From a virus (Duplodnaviria; Caudoviricetes): a stretch of DNA of 64,000 nucleotides. Shown here piece by piece: positions 54,779-64,000 of this stretch; positions within the stretch are counted from its first letter, which is position 1, and the number at the start of each line of letters is the position of its first letter. The stretch lies in the IMG/VR virus record IMGVR_UViG_3300032038_000069, positions 4,184-68,183 of that record. One strand, written 5' to 3'. The notes beneath the pieces are model-generated. The model saw only the letters and a program-made list of their open reading frames with translations, was not told the origin of the DNA and did no database searches. A program made the translations under genes and the position numbers.

Positions 54779-55762
54779 ATGGGAAAATTTATAGGGCCAA
54801 CTGGCTTAATTTATCTTTGGACAAAAATAAAGAAGTATGTAGGTGATACTATCACAGCATTGAATCTTGGGGATACCTATCAGGCAAAGGAGTCTGGTAA
54901 AGGACTATCTACTAATGACTACACCACAGCAGAAAAGAATAAGCTGAATGGTATTGCAGCAGGTGCAGAGGTGAATGTGCAGGCTAACTGGGCTGAGACA
55001 GATTCCTCTGAGGACAGCTTTATCAAGAATAAACCTAGTATTCCCAGCAAGACATCAGACCTGACTAATGACAGTGGGTTCATTACTTCAGCTGATGTGC
55101 CCGAAGGAGCTGCAGCCTCTAGTTCCACACCATTGATGGATGGAACAGCTAGTGTGGGCACAGAGACAGCATTTGCCAGAGGAGACCACAGGCATCCCAC
55201 AGATACTTCAAGGCAGGCCGTGATTAGTGACCTTGCTGACATTAGGAGTGGAGCAGCAGCAGGAGCTACTGCCTACCAGAAACCTAGCACAGGCATTCCT
55301 GCCGCTGATTTGGCTAGTGCTGTGCAGACAAGCCTTGGAAAGGCTGATACAGCCCTCCAAAGCAGTGCTCTTGATAATTATGCACCAAAGGCCTCACCTG
55401 CTTTAACAGGTACTCCTACAGCACCTACAGCAACAGCAGGAACAAATACAACACAGATAGCCACTACAGCCTTTGTGACAGCTGCTGTGAGTGCTGCCTC
55501 TGCAGGCGTAGCTTCTTTCCAGGGAACTGTATCTGCTGCAAGTACAATCACAGGTACTGCTTATAAGAAAGGATGGTATTGGGTGGTAGGAACTGCTGGT
55601 ACTTATGTTGGTCAGGTTTGTGAGGCAGGAGATATGATATTTGCTATTAAAGATAAAGGTTCTGCCTATGCTGCTAGTGACTTCTCTGTAGTCCAGAATA
55701 ATATGGATATTCAGGAGATGACAACTGCTGAGATGGACACCGCCACCAACAACTGGACATAA
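54779..55762 (+). CDS. Tail fibre-like protein
   Basis: KGLSTNDYTTAEKNKL, ARGDHRHP, SPALTGTPTAPT...TQIATTAFV fibre modules. Confidence 0.75.
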   Translation: MGKFIGPTGLIYLWTKIKKYVGDTITALNLGDTYQAKESGKGLSTNDYTTAEKNKLNGIAAGAEVNVQANWAETDSSEDSFIKNKPSIPSKTSDLTNDSGFITSADVPEGAAASSSTPLMDGTASVGTETAFARGDHRHPTDTSRQAVISDLADIRSGAAAGATAYQKPSTGIPAADLASAVQTSLGKADTALQSSALDNYAPKASPALTGTPTAPTATAGTNTTQIATTAFVTAAVSAASAGVASFQGTVSAASTITGTAYKKGWYWVVGTAGTYVGQVCEAGDMIFAIKDKGSAYAASDFSVVQNNMDIQEMTTAEMDTATNNWT

Positions 55763-55763
55763 T

Positions 55764-55949
55764 ATGAATGAGGAAGAGTTAGAAGAGTGGGCAAAAGAGA
55801 AAGCCGAGGTATGGGTTAGAAGGCTTAAAGACTTTTTAAGAAGAAACCCATATAAGATATTTGGATATGATGCCCTCACCTACATGATAGAAAAAGCCTT
55901 TAAGCAAGGCTATCATAAGGCTCTTGAAAATATAAATAAAAATAAGTGA
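55764..55949 (+). CDS. Small charged hypothetical protein inserted between fibre genes
   Basis: 61 aa, fills the gap exactly. Confidence 0.55.
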   Translation: MNEEELEEWAKEKAEVWVRRLKDFLRRNPYKIFGYDALTYMIEKAFKQGYHKALENINKNK

Positions 55950-57409
55950 CTATGGGAATTTTCATTGGGCAACAAAGGCTAGGATACCTATGGGAGAAGA
56001 TAAAAAGTATTTTTGCCACAAAGGCAGAGATTGCTGCTATCCCTACTGCAAGAATCTATATGGGTTCCTGCTCTACTGCTGCAGCTACAAATCCGAAGGT
56101 ATGTGCTGTTGAGGATTTTCCTCTTGACACTGAGGGCAAGCCGCTTGTGGGTACGCTTATCTCCGTGAAGTTCTCTGCTACGAATACTTCGAAAAGCACC
56201 ACCCCAGAACTTAACGTGAATGACACGGGAGCCATCAGGATTTGGTATAACAATGCTGTGCTGGCTACTGCGAAGAGTGCTTATGCAGGGTATGCCAACA
56301 GGTACATCAACTATATGTATGACGGCACATACTGGGTGTTCCTGGGGCATAGCACGGATAACAACACTACCTATTCAGCACTTACTCAGGCAAAGATAGA
56401 TGCTGGAACGGAAACTACGGGAAGGCTTATCTCGGCAGACTTGCTGAGGGATAACTTCTATACGGAGAGTGAAGTGGATGGATTGCTTGGGAGTAAGGCT
56501 AACTCTAATGACTTAGCAACAGTGGCTACAAGTGGTAGCTATAATGATTTGGATGATACTCCTACTATTCCTATGGTGCCCACTAATGTGAGTGCCTTTA
56601 ACAATGATGCAGGGTATATTACAAGTTATACTGAGAGTGACCCTACTGTTCCTTCTCATGTAAAAGGGATTACAACTACCGATATAAGTAATTGGAACGG
56701 TAAACAAGCTGCTATTGCAGATTTATCTGATATTAGGAATGGTGCAGCTTTAGGTGCTACGGCATTGCAAAGTTATACTGAAACTGACCCTACCGTACCA
56801 GCTTGGGCAAAGGCTGCTAATAAGCCATCTTATACTGCTGCTGAAGTAGGTGCTTTGCCTGATAGTACAACTATTCCTACAAAGGTATCTGATTTAACCA
56901 ACGATAGTGGGTTTACAAGCAACACTGGTACTATTACAGGTATTACAATGAATGGTGTAAGTAAAGGTACATCAGGAGTTGTGAATCTCGGTACTGTGCT
57001 TACCGCACATCAAGATATTAGTGGGAAAGCTAACTCTACAGATGTGTATACCAAGGCGGAGACAGATACTATGCTGGAGGGGATGGTCATCTGTACTGAT
57101 GATGACGGGAGTGCCACTACTGCCAGCTTTGATGCTCAGGCTGATACTGTATGGCACAAGGCACAAGTACTTTCTGCTGCCCAACAAGCACAAGCAAGAA
57201 CAAACATTGGCGCTGGCACTGTTTCCTCTGTGACCGTCAATGGAACGACCTACACTCCTACTAATGGCGACGTAAACTTGGGGACTATCTCTGGAAGTGG
57301 AAGCGTCACTGTAGATACTGCTTTGAGTACAACATCTACTAACCCTGTGCAGAATAAAGTGATAGCAGCAGCTATTGGAGATATTGAAACACTTTTAGCA
57401 TCAATTTGA
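55946..57409 (+). CDS. Tail fibre-like protein
   Basis: N-terminus paralogous to 54779; LATVATSGSYNDL, ESDPTVP, AQQAQARTNIGA modules. Confidence 0.75.
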   Translation: MTMGIFIGQQRLGYLWEKIKSIFATKAEIAAIPTARIYMGSCSTAAATNPKVCAVEDFPLDTEGKPLVGTLISVKFSATNTSKSTTPELNVNDTGAIRIWYNNAVLATAKSAYAGYANRYINYMYDGTYWVFLGHSTDNNTTYSALTQAKIDAGTETTGRLISADLLRDNFYTESEVDGLLGSKANSNDLATVATSGSYNDLDDTPTIPMVPTNVSAFNNDAGYITSYTESDPTVPSHVKGITTTDISNWNGKQAAIADLSDIRNGAALGATALQSYTETDPTVPAWAKAANKPSYTAAEVGALPDSTTIPTKVSDLTNDSGFTSNTGTITGITMNGVSKGTSGVVNLGTVLTAHQDISGKANSTDVYTKAETDTMLEGMVICTDDDGSATTASFDAQADTVWHKAQVLSAAQQAQARTNIGAGTVSSVTVNGTTYTPTNGDVNLGTISGSGSVTVDTALSTTSTNPVQNKVIAAAIGDIETLLASI

Positions 57410-57410
57410 T

Positions 57411-57881
57411 ATGAGTATAGCAAGCGAAATAACAAGACTTCAGCAAGCCAAGAATGATTTGGCTACGAGCATCACAAATAAAGGGGTGACTGTTTCTGCG
57501 GCTACTACCATTGACGGATATGCTGCTTTGGTTGACCAAATTCAAGGGGGTGGAGGCTCGCAGCCTTATAAGACAATAACCTTAGCAGACTCACATGAAT
57601 CAGATTCTAAAGGGAATCCCAGTTATTGGGCAAATTATCTTGGATTACCTTTGTTAAGTGATTCTTCAGACAGAAATTTATATATTATTGTGTTCGAAGG
57701 CAATCAAGCAACAGCAAATTATAGAGTTGATTTTGCTCTCTACTTTAGGTATTCAAGTACAATAGGGTGTTTAAGTATTAGGAATAATAGAACTAATTAT
57801 ATGTCTCAATATGGTACATCCAGATCATTGTGGGCTTCAACAGGCACTGTATTAAAGGCTTATGAAATTCCTACAATTTAA
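57411..57881 (+). CDS. Fibre-associated protein
   Basis: MSIASEITRLQQAK..L...I..KGV N-terminus. Confidence 0.6.
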   Translation: MSIASEITRLQQAKNDLATSITNKGVTVSAATTIDGYAALVDQIQGGGGSQPYKTITLADSHESDSKGNPSYWANYLGLPLLSDSSDRNLYIIVFEGNQATANYRVDFALYFRYSSTIGCLSIRNNRTNYMSQYGTSRSLWASTGTVLKAYEIPTI

Positions 57882-57988
57882 TATAAACATATAATAAAGA
57901 AAGAAGTAATAACTGTTTGGCAATAGCGGAACAGGCAACTTTACATTAGGAGCAGATGTAATTTGATAATGTTTAAAAATATAAAGAT

Positions 57989-60964
57989 ATGACACAGATA
58001 AAAATTAAAAAAGCGAGGATTTCCCCTAGTGGTGAGCAGTTCTTCCCGATTACTCACACGAAGGCTGTGGTAGATGACAATGGCTACACTGCTGAAAGCA
58101 GGCTGGGAGCCATGCAGGATGAGATTAACAACCTTCAGGAGGGGGTTGTGGTAGTTGGCGAGGGTGTGACCCCTGTACCAAGTGACTTGACTCCTACGGA
58201 GAACAGTAGCAACTGGGTGACTAGTGGTGGGGTGTACAATGCTATTCATTCTCTTGATAGCAGTGGTATTACTTATGACAAGAATGCTTCTGACATTACT
58301 GTTGAGGAAGCTCTTGACAAGCTTTATGACACAAAAGACGAATATGAGAATGGTGGTATAGAAATAGACCCTACAAGCGGTACAATTTATCAAAGAAGTA
58401 TCTCTGGTACCACATGGGATACAGGTGGTAGTTATAGTTGTTTTATAAACATGAGTGAATATGCAGGACAAGAAGTATCAATCACTGGAAATGCTACTTA
58501 TTGGATTTGTTATGCATTTACTTCATCTACAGTTAATGATAATAATGGTGCTCCAGTAGTTAGTATAGTTGCAGGAAGAGCAACGGTTGGAGTGCCTGCA
58601 AATACAGTTGTTACCGATATAGTTCCTGATGGAACAAGCTATCTCTGTCTTAGAAAAGGTAGTACATCAGATTCGACTGATTATTTACCAGCAAGTGTTG
58701 TAGTAAATGAAACCGAAATAGATCTAACTGGTGGTACTATTAAGAAGGCAAAAATAGTAGCACCAGCATGGACAACTGGAGGAAACAGAAGATGTTCAAT
58801 CATACCTTTACCATACGGAGGTAGGACTATTGAAATTACTGCAAATGATACCCACCTATGTACTTATGCATTCTTTAAAGATGCTGCCACAACTGCAACT
58901 AATGGTAGTGCAGTTACTAATTTTGCAAAAAACAGTATGACCTCGTATATTGGTGCAGGTAGCACTGTTGTTAAAGAAATACCTGCTAATGCCACACATT
59001 TATATCTCTTTAGAGATTACTCTTCATCAACTACTGCTGTTGCTTATATGCCTAAGAAAGTATTTGTAAGAAACAATCTTAAGCTGACAGCAGATGATGT
59101 GAGGTATTCTGACTATTATAATAAAGACAGCAATGTGCAGACAGTGCTTAAGAGTGTTGATATGGATGTACGTGGTGTGGAAGTACTTGATAAATCTACA
59201 TTTAGTACTTTAGGTACTGATATAATAAGTCCTGGGATATTATTATACAAAGGAGATACAGTCACAGTCAATGGTAAACCAAATGCTTCTGGCCATATGC
59301 CTATACTAAGATGGTACAATAACTATATTACAACTTTGGTTCCTTATTCAGCTTCAGTATCAGTATATACATATACTGCAACTGAAGACATGTATGTTAG
59401 ACTGATTTCATATCCTAAAGCTACTTTTAAAATCTCTCGTGTAAATAAAAGGATTGACAATATAGAGAGGGCTTGCCATGATATTCCCAACAAAATGTAT
59501 CTTACTGAAATGCTTGGTAATGCTAGAAAACCTGAATATGAAACAGTAACTGGTAGTTATATCGGTTTAGACTTAACAATTAAAACTACTGGGGGTTTCT
59601 ATACAAGCCCTATTGCGTTAAGTGCTGGAGAAACCATACACTTGTATTGTGGCTATAATGGATGGTTGATAGAACATCTTGTGAAATCTGACTCAGAAGG
59701 AAATCTAATTTCTTCCGTTGGAAAAGCAATAACAAATACTCATTATACATACAGAGCAAAAGAAGATTGTTATATAATGGCATCAGGAGTTTATGATTTT
59801 ACAATTACAATTATCGGTAACAGTAAGATACAAGACTACATGGATGCCTATGATGCCAGAAATAGTGGTACTAGTATTCTTGATTTTTATGCAAATAAGC
59901 AGACCGAGAATATGCTCAGACAATTAAATTGGGGATATAATGCTAATAATGGTGGAACTGGAGTAGTAAAACCTTTGTGTCTTCTTCACTTTTCAGATAT
60001 TCATAATAACGAAGTTGGAGAGAGTGGTAGCGGTGCTGATGGTGTAAATAATATTAATAGAATAGTAACTTTCTATAATAAATATAAAAAAGATGGGAGC
60101 TCAGGATTTATCCATGACATTATTCATACTGGTGATTGTGTTGTATCTGACTATGGACAAGCATTTCCTTGGACAACTAGTGAAGATGTTGCTAAAATTT
60201 TGAATGTTATAGGCAACCATGATTTACAAGGAACTGGTGATATGACTCTTGTATATAACAGATATTTTGCTCCTTATGTAGAAGGATGGGGAGTTACGCT
60301 TCCTGAAAATGCTGCTGAAGAAGGAAGATGCTATTATTATAAAGACTATACTGTAAATAAAGTAAGACTTATCACTCTTATGAACTGGGGATGGTTAGGC
60401 AAGACTGGTACTACACAAACTTATCTTGCTTCTCAAAAGACTTGGTTCCAAGAAGTGCTTGAAGGTGCAAGAACTCAAGGACTTACTGTAATATGTGCAG
60501 TTCATACCCATCCAGCAAATGTAACCATGCTTGAAGGATGTAGTTTTAATAGTTGGGAATATAGATATCATGGAGATGTAAATGGAAGTCGGGCAAGTAC
60601 CCCTGTGGCAGATTCCACAAATGTAGGTGGCTATGCGGATGATGTGCAAAACTTTATTGATGCTGGTGGTGATTTTGCTTGTTGGATTTGTGGCCATACT
60701 CATTTTGATGCTGTAGGCCCACTATCAGGATTCCCAGACCAATTCTGTATTATCATTGAAAATGCTGCTTGTAGAAGTTATTGGTGTGCAGATCACAGAA
60801 TCACTGGTACACTTTCACAGGATTGTTTTAACGTGATGAGCATTGATACTTATTGCAAACGTGTGAATGTGATGAGAATTGGTTCTAACTTTGCTTCTGC
60901 ATTACAACACAAGGGAGCATTTAGCTATGATTATAAGAATAAGAAACTTTTAAATTGTTGGTAG
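57989..60964 (+). CDS. Large fibre/spike-like protein with C-terminal calcineurin-like metallophosphoesterase
   Basis: LHFSDIH, HTGD, IGNHD, VHTH, CGHTH: all five metallophosphoesterase motifs. Confidence 0.8.
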   Translation: MTQIKIKKARISPSGEQFFPITHTKAVVDDNGYTAESRLGAMQDEINNLQEGVVVVGEGVTPVPSDLTPTENSSNWVTSGGVYNAIHSLDSSGITYDKNASDITVEEALDKLYDTKDEYENGGIEIDPTSGTIYQRSISGTTWDTGGSYSCFINMSEYAGQEVSITGNATYWICYAFTSSTVNDNNGAPVVSIVAGRATVGVPANTVVTDIVPDGTSYLCLRKGSTSDSTDYLPASVVVNETEIDLTGGTIKKAKIVAPAWTTGGNRRCSIIPLPYGGRTIEITANDTHLCTYAFFKDAATTATNGSAVTNFAKNSMTSYIGAGSTVVKEIPANATHLYLFRDYSSSTTAVAYMPKKVFVRNNLKLTADDVRYSDYYNKDSNVQTVLKSVDMDVRGVEVLDKSTFSTLGTDIISPGILLYKGDTVTVNGKPNASGHMPILRWYNNYITTLVPYSASVSVYTYTATEDMYVRLISYPKATFKISRVNKRIDNIERACHDIPNKMYLTEMLGNARKPEYETVTGSYIGLDLTIKTTGGFYTSPIALSAGETIHLYCGYNGWLIEHLVKSDSEGNLISSVGKAITNTHYTYRAKEDCYIMASGVYDFTITIIGNSKIQDYMDAYDARNSGTSILDFYANKQTENMLRQLNWGYNANNGGTGVVKPLCLLHFSDIHNNEVGESGSGADGVNNINRIVTFYNKYKKDGSSGFIHDIIHTGDCVVSDYGQAFPWTTSEDVAKILNVIGNHDLQGTGDMTLVYNRYFAPYVEGWGVTLPENAAEEGRCYYYKDYTVNKVRLITLMNWGWLGKTGTTQTYLASQKTWFQEVLEGARTQGLTVICAVHTHPANVTMLEGCSFNSWEYRYHGDVNGSRASTPVADSTNVGGYADDVQNFIDAGGDFACWICGHTHFDAVGPLSGFPDQFCIIIENAACRSYWCADHRITGTLSQDCFNVMSIDTYCKRVNVMRIGSNFASALQHKGAFSYDYKNKKLLNCW

Positions 60965-61112
60965 GCGGATAATTGAGTGACTTCTAACTCGGTGAGTTTA
61001 GCAATAACAATAAATAATGAGATTATGAAAAATTTTTTAAATGGTAATTTAGTATGGGTGTTCGGCGCAGTATTCTGTGCCTTCATCCTATGCTAATTAA
61101 AATTATTAAATT

Positions 61113-61328
61113 ATGAACTATGATGAAGAGGACTATATATTAGATAATATAGAGCAGATAAGGAAGGAGACTCATGAGAATACTATAATGCTAAGGCAGA
61201 TTGTCAAGCTGATTAATACTTATCTGGCAAGGCATCATCAGGAGAATGAGGATGACTTCAACAGGAATGTTCTGGCTAATCTGATTAGTAGTACAATAGA
61301 CATCAATAAACTATTTAAAGGAAGATGA
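61113..61328 (+). CDS. Hypothetical protein
   Basis: 71-aa ORF after an AT-rich leader. Confidence 0.65.
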   Translation: MNYDEEDYILDNIEQIRKETHENTIMLRQIVKLINTYLARHHQENEDDFNRNVLANLISSTIDINKLFKGR

Positions 61329-61459
61329 TTATGGTAAAGAAAAGAGGTAATAAGAAAGCAACAGGTGGGGCTACTGGAAGAGCTAAGCCGTTGACAGCTA
61401 AGGTGAGTGTTACTAGAAGTGACAAGAGGAGATATGATTGTGGAGGAAAGCTTAAATAA
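61325..61459 (+). CDS. Small basic peptide (44 aa, not in ORF track)
   Basis: ATGA overlap; MIMVKKRGNKKATGG...RRYDCGGKLK. Confidence 0.6.
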   Translation: MIMVKKRGNKKATGGATGRAKPLTAKVSVTRSDKRRYDCGGKLK

Positions 61460-61844
61460 AAGTTTGTATAAGATAGAGCTGTATTTGATTAAGGTGATTC
61501 CCATGGTGTTGTCAGGGATAGCCCTGCTCAATACAGTTCTATCTTACCTCTATATTGATGTTCCTCTACTATCTTACCTTGGAGGTGTGTCAGTATTGAC
61601 TATTGCCTTTCTGTATATTTCCTCTTATGTGTTCAGGTTCTGTGCCTACCATAGGATGTTTATCCATTATATTACAGTCAACTGGGTGCTGAACATCATT
61701 GACTACTATATAGGTATTCCATTGAGTAACAAGGGATTATTCCTGATGTATATGGTGATTACTGGTATTACATTATTTATTATATTACACTACCATGTCA
61801 AGTCTAAAGAAACTGATAGTGAAGCTTCTGAGGGAAACAGCTGA
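61434..61844 (+). CDS. Four-TM membrane protein
   Basis: Hydrophobic segments; start re-placed at MIVEES. Confidence 0.65.
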   Translation: MIVEESLNKSLYKIELYLIKVIPMVLSGIALLNTVLSYLYIDVPLLSYLGGVSVLTIAFLYISSYVFRFCAYHRMFIHYITVNWVLNIIDYYIGIPLSNKGLFLMYMVITGITLFIILHYHVKSKETDSEASEGNS

Positions 61845-62073
61845 TAAGATAGATGTAGGTAACTCAGAACTTACCGACAGTGAGGCTATGGAGATTATGA
61901 GTGTTCTTAGCCATCAGGTAATGAGTAAAGAAGATGCTTGTATCTATATGAATATGAGTAGGAGTAAGTTTGATGATTTAGTAAGGGAGGGAAAGCTGCC
62001 TAAAGGAAGGAAGAGAAGAGGTTTTAAAGAACTTGTGTTCTATAAAGATGAGTTAGATATGTGGAAGAAGTAG
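61795..62073 (+). CDS. Excisionase/AlpA-like HTH protein
   Basis: MSKEDACIYMNMSRSKFDDLVREGKLP. Confidence 0.75.
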   Translation: MSSLKKLIVKLLRETADKIDVGNSELTDSEAMEIMSVLSHQVMSKEDACIYMNMSRSKFDDLVREGKLPKGRKRRGFKELVFYKDELDMWKK

Positions 62074-62111
62074 TCATAGTATGTCTACATACAGAACAAA
62101 GAGAGCAGGTG

Positions 62112-62375
62112 TTAAGCCTGCTCTCTTTCATCTGGAAATGGAAATAATCCTTCGAGAATATCTTTAGGCATTTTTGTATCCATGCCAGTGTTAGCTCCAT
62201 ACTCATCTTTATATTCAAGTATCCATGCTGCTGCTAATTCAAGAGCCTGCTTAAAGCCATCTATATAAGCTATTTCTAAAGCACCGAGGTCTCTATCTTC
62301 ATCATCTCTCCAGCACCAAAGATAGTCATCAACCCTTTCTTCTAGGGTCATTCTTTTGTTTATTGCTTTTCCCAT
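62112..62375 (-). CDS. Hypothetical protein with own promoter
   Basis: TATCTTTG at 62411-62404 with TTTG 20 nt upstream on the minus strand. Confidence 0.65.
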   Translation of the reverse strand: MGKAINKRMTLEERVDDYLWCWRDDEDRDLGALEIAYIDGFKQALELAAAWILEYKDEYGANTGMDTKMPKDILEGLFPFPDEREQA

Positions 62376-62525
62376 ATTATATGTAAATATTGGTTATTTT
62401 CTGCAAAGATAAGGAAAATAATCTATATCTCCAAATATTTGGGAATGTTTTTATTCTCTAACTACTTGATAGTTAGAGAGTTTTTGTTTATAAAAGGATT
62501 GTTAGGAACCCCATTATAATCTCCC

Positions 62526-62533
62526 TATCTTTG
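62526..62533 (+). promoter_or_regulatory. Bacteroidota -7 promoter box
   Basis: TATCTTTG upstream of 62620. Confidence 0.55.
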
Positions 62534-62619
62534 CAGTAGTTCTTGCAAGGATGAAAGACCCAAGGGAAAAGCCTTGGGCACAGTATCAAAGGTTTAACAG
62601 TTTAAAATTTTAAGAAATT

Positions 62620-63573
62620 ATGGGAGAAAATGGAGTTTTAGTATTCCCCGATGCAGCCAAAGGTGCTGCTTCTAGTATTGATCCTAACCTTCTATTAGCC
62701 CTTCAAAACAATGGAGGCATGGGAGGAGGCTATGGTTATTGGTGGATTATGTTCCTCTGGATGATGTGGATGCAGAATGGTCGCAATGGTAATTTCAGTG
62801 ACTATGTTGCTCAGGCTAATGGTAATGAGGGTCGTCAGTATCTTGCTGAGATTATGAATGGCAGGTTTGATAACCTTGGTCAGCTGGCTCAGATTGTGAA
62901 CACTGGTGTAGAGACTGTGAAGAATGGTATCTTTGCTCTTCAGAATAACATCAGTCAGGTAGGTGCTAATGTAGGTCTTACTGCTGCACAGACTCAGAAT
63001 GCTATTCTCTTGGGTAATGCTAATCTTAGTCAAAAATTATGTGAGTGCTGTTGCAACATGAGGTATGACCTTGCTCAGCAGACTAATGCTTTGCAGGCAC
63101 AGGCAGCTAATAACTTTGCTGCTTCACAGTTGCAGGCTGCTCAGAATCAGGCTGCTACACAGCTTCAGATGGCTCAGATTGAGAGTGCAGACCAGCTTGC
63201 TGTTTGCCAACAGACTAATGCCTTGGCTTCTCAGAATGAGCGTAATACCAACAGTATTCTTGGTGCTATTCAGACTCAGACTACTGCAATGACTAAGGAA
63301 TTCTGTGACCTAAAGGAGCGTGAGCTGCAGAATAAGATTAATACTCAGGGTGACATCATTACCCAGTTGAGGAATCAGATTAGTAATGATAACCAGACCC
63401 TTGTATTTAATAAGGCTCTCAGTGCTATTGATGATAAGATTGATAGTATTGCAGCTAAGCAGCCTCAGACAGTTCCTGTTGTATGGCCCAATTTGCAGGC
63501 CTACAATGTTACTCCTAATGTAGGATTTAATCCTTGGGGTTATGGATTTGGTGGACAAAGTTATTGGGGATAA
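62620..63573 (+). CDS. Gln/Asn/Ala-rich membrane-anchored coiled-coil protein
   Basis: GG..YWWIMFLW TM, CECCC motif, heptad-rich region, Pro-rich tail. Confidence 0.75.
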   Translation: MGENGVLVFPDAAKGAASSIDPNLLLALQNNGGMGGGYGYWWIMFLWMMWMQNGRNGNFSDYVAQANGNEGRQYLAEIMNGRFDNLGQLAQIVNTGVETVKNGIFALQNNISQVGANVGLTAAQTQNAILLGNANLSQKLCECCCNMRYDLAQQTNALQAQAANNFAASQLQAAQNQAATQLQMAQIESADQLAVCQQTNALASQNERNTNSILGAIQTQTTAMTKEFCDLKERELQNKINTQGDIITQLRNQISNDNQTLVFNKALSAIDDKIDSIAAKQPQTVPVVWPNLQAYNVTPNVGFNPWGYGFGGQSYWG

Positions 63574-63589
63574 TTAAACTAAGGTAACT

Positions 63590-63925
63590 ATGGCAATTTT
63601 TCCAACGCAATACATTAATGTGCGAGGTATCCCCACAATTAAAACAAGGGCAGTTGTTGTCTCAGATACTGCAGTGACTTTTAAGTTTGCTCCAGACTTT
63701 GATGGCAGGCCTTTCAGGGGATTGATACTGGTGTATATCTCTGAGGCTATTCCTGAGGGCACTACTACCACATTGCCTGTGCAGTTCTCCATGGCTGGTA
63801 CTACCAGTAATGTAACTGTGGCAGGAGGGGCTAATGTGACAGTGGCAGACCTTCCAGGGAAGGGTATTTACCTTGTCTACTTTGACAGGTGGGCAGATAC
63901 CTTGCAGCTGATAGGGTTGGTTTAA
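63590..63925 (+). CDS. Small beta-rich protein partnered with 62620..63573
   Basis: Adjacent ORF, followed by hairpin 63927-63945. Confidence 0.7.
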   Translation: MAIFPTQYINVRGIPTIKTRAVVVSDTAVTFKFAPDFDGRPFRGLILVYISEAIPEGTTTTLPVQFSMAGTTSNVTVAGGANVTVADLPGKGIYLVYFDRWADTLQLIGLV

Positions 63926-64000
63926 TACTGAGGCAGTGCCTCAGTTTATAGGACAGAGACTAATAAATAAAAAGTAATTAATTATGTTTTCAAATTTAAG

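Noticed and set aside
48800-56880. Diversity-generating retroelement TR/VR pair among fibre repeats, or at 52135/53366
   Set aside because: Differences are not restricted to adenines, many are synonymous, and no reverse transcriptase is seen in the window.
1-64000. Stop-codon reassignment (TAG to Gln or TGA to Trp) as in some crAss-like phages
   Set aside because: Long genes are intact under the standard code, genes end in TAG/TGA at operon junctions, and no suppressor tRNA was seen.

Overview
The window is part of a lytic Bacteroidota phage genome, most consistent with a crAss-like (Crassvirales-type) phage. This rests on the portal, IHF-like and DUF5675-like proteins and on Bacteroidota-type TAnnTTTG promoters; no database search was possible. 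The standard genetic code reads cleanly. Left arm (about 1-36.8 kb, minus strand): nucleotide metabolism (dut, nrdD/nrdG, ung); a four-gene ubiquitin-like conjugation cassette (Ubl, E2, JAB, E1); primase, AAA ATPase and two helicases; two homing-endonuclease insertions; tRNAs; many small genes; and holin/endolysin candidates. Right arm (about 36.9-64 kb, plus strand): spanin-like gene, IHF, GroES-like gene, a lysozyme plus ART-like polyvalent protein, portal, and a mosaic tail/fibre block. No large terminase, major capsid, DNA polymerase or RNA polymerase gene was recognised in the window. Best leads: (1) the phage-encoded Ubl-E2-JAB-E1 cassette; (2) a tRNA split by an HNH cassette that carries a complete tRNA-Ile(UAU) and is closed by an extended anticodon helix; (3) a LAGLIDADG element that splits a helicase at Walker A and supplies a replacement 5' end; (4) six same-orientation 19-bp intergenic hairpins; (5) a TTAGG element exactly 31 nt upstream of five promoter -7 boxes. 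Family assignments come from motif recognition by eye.
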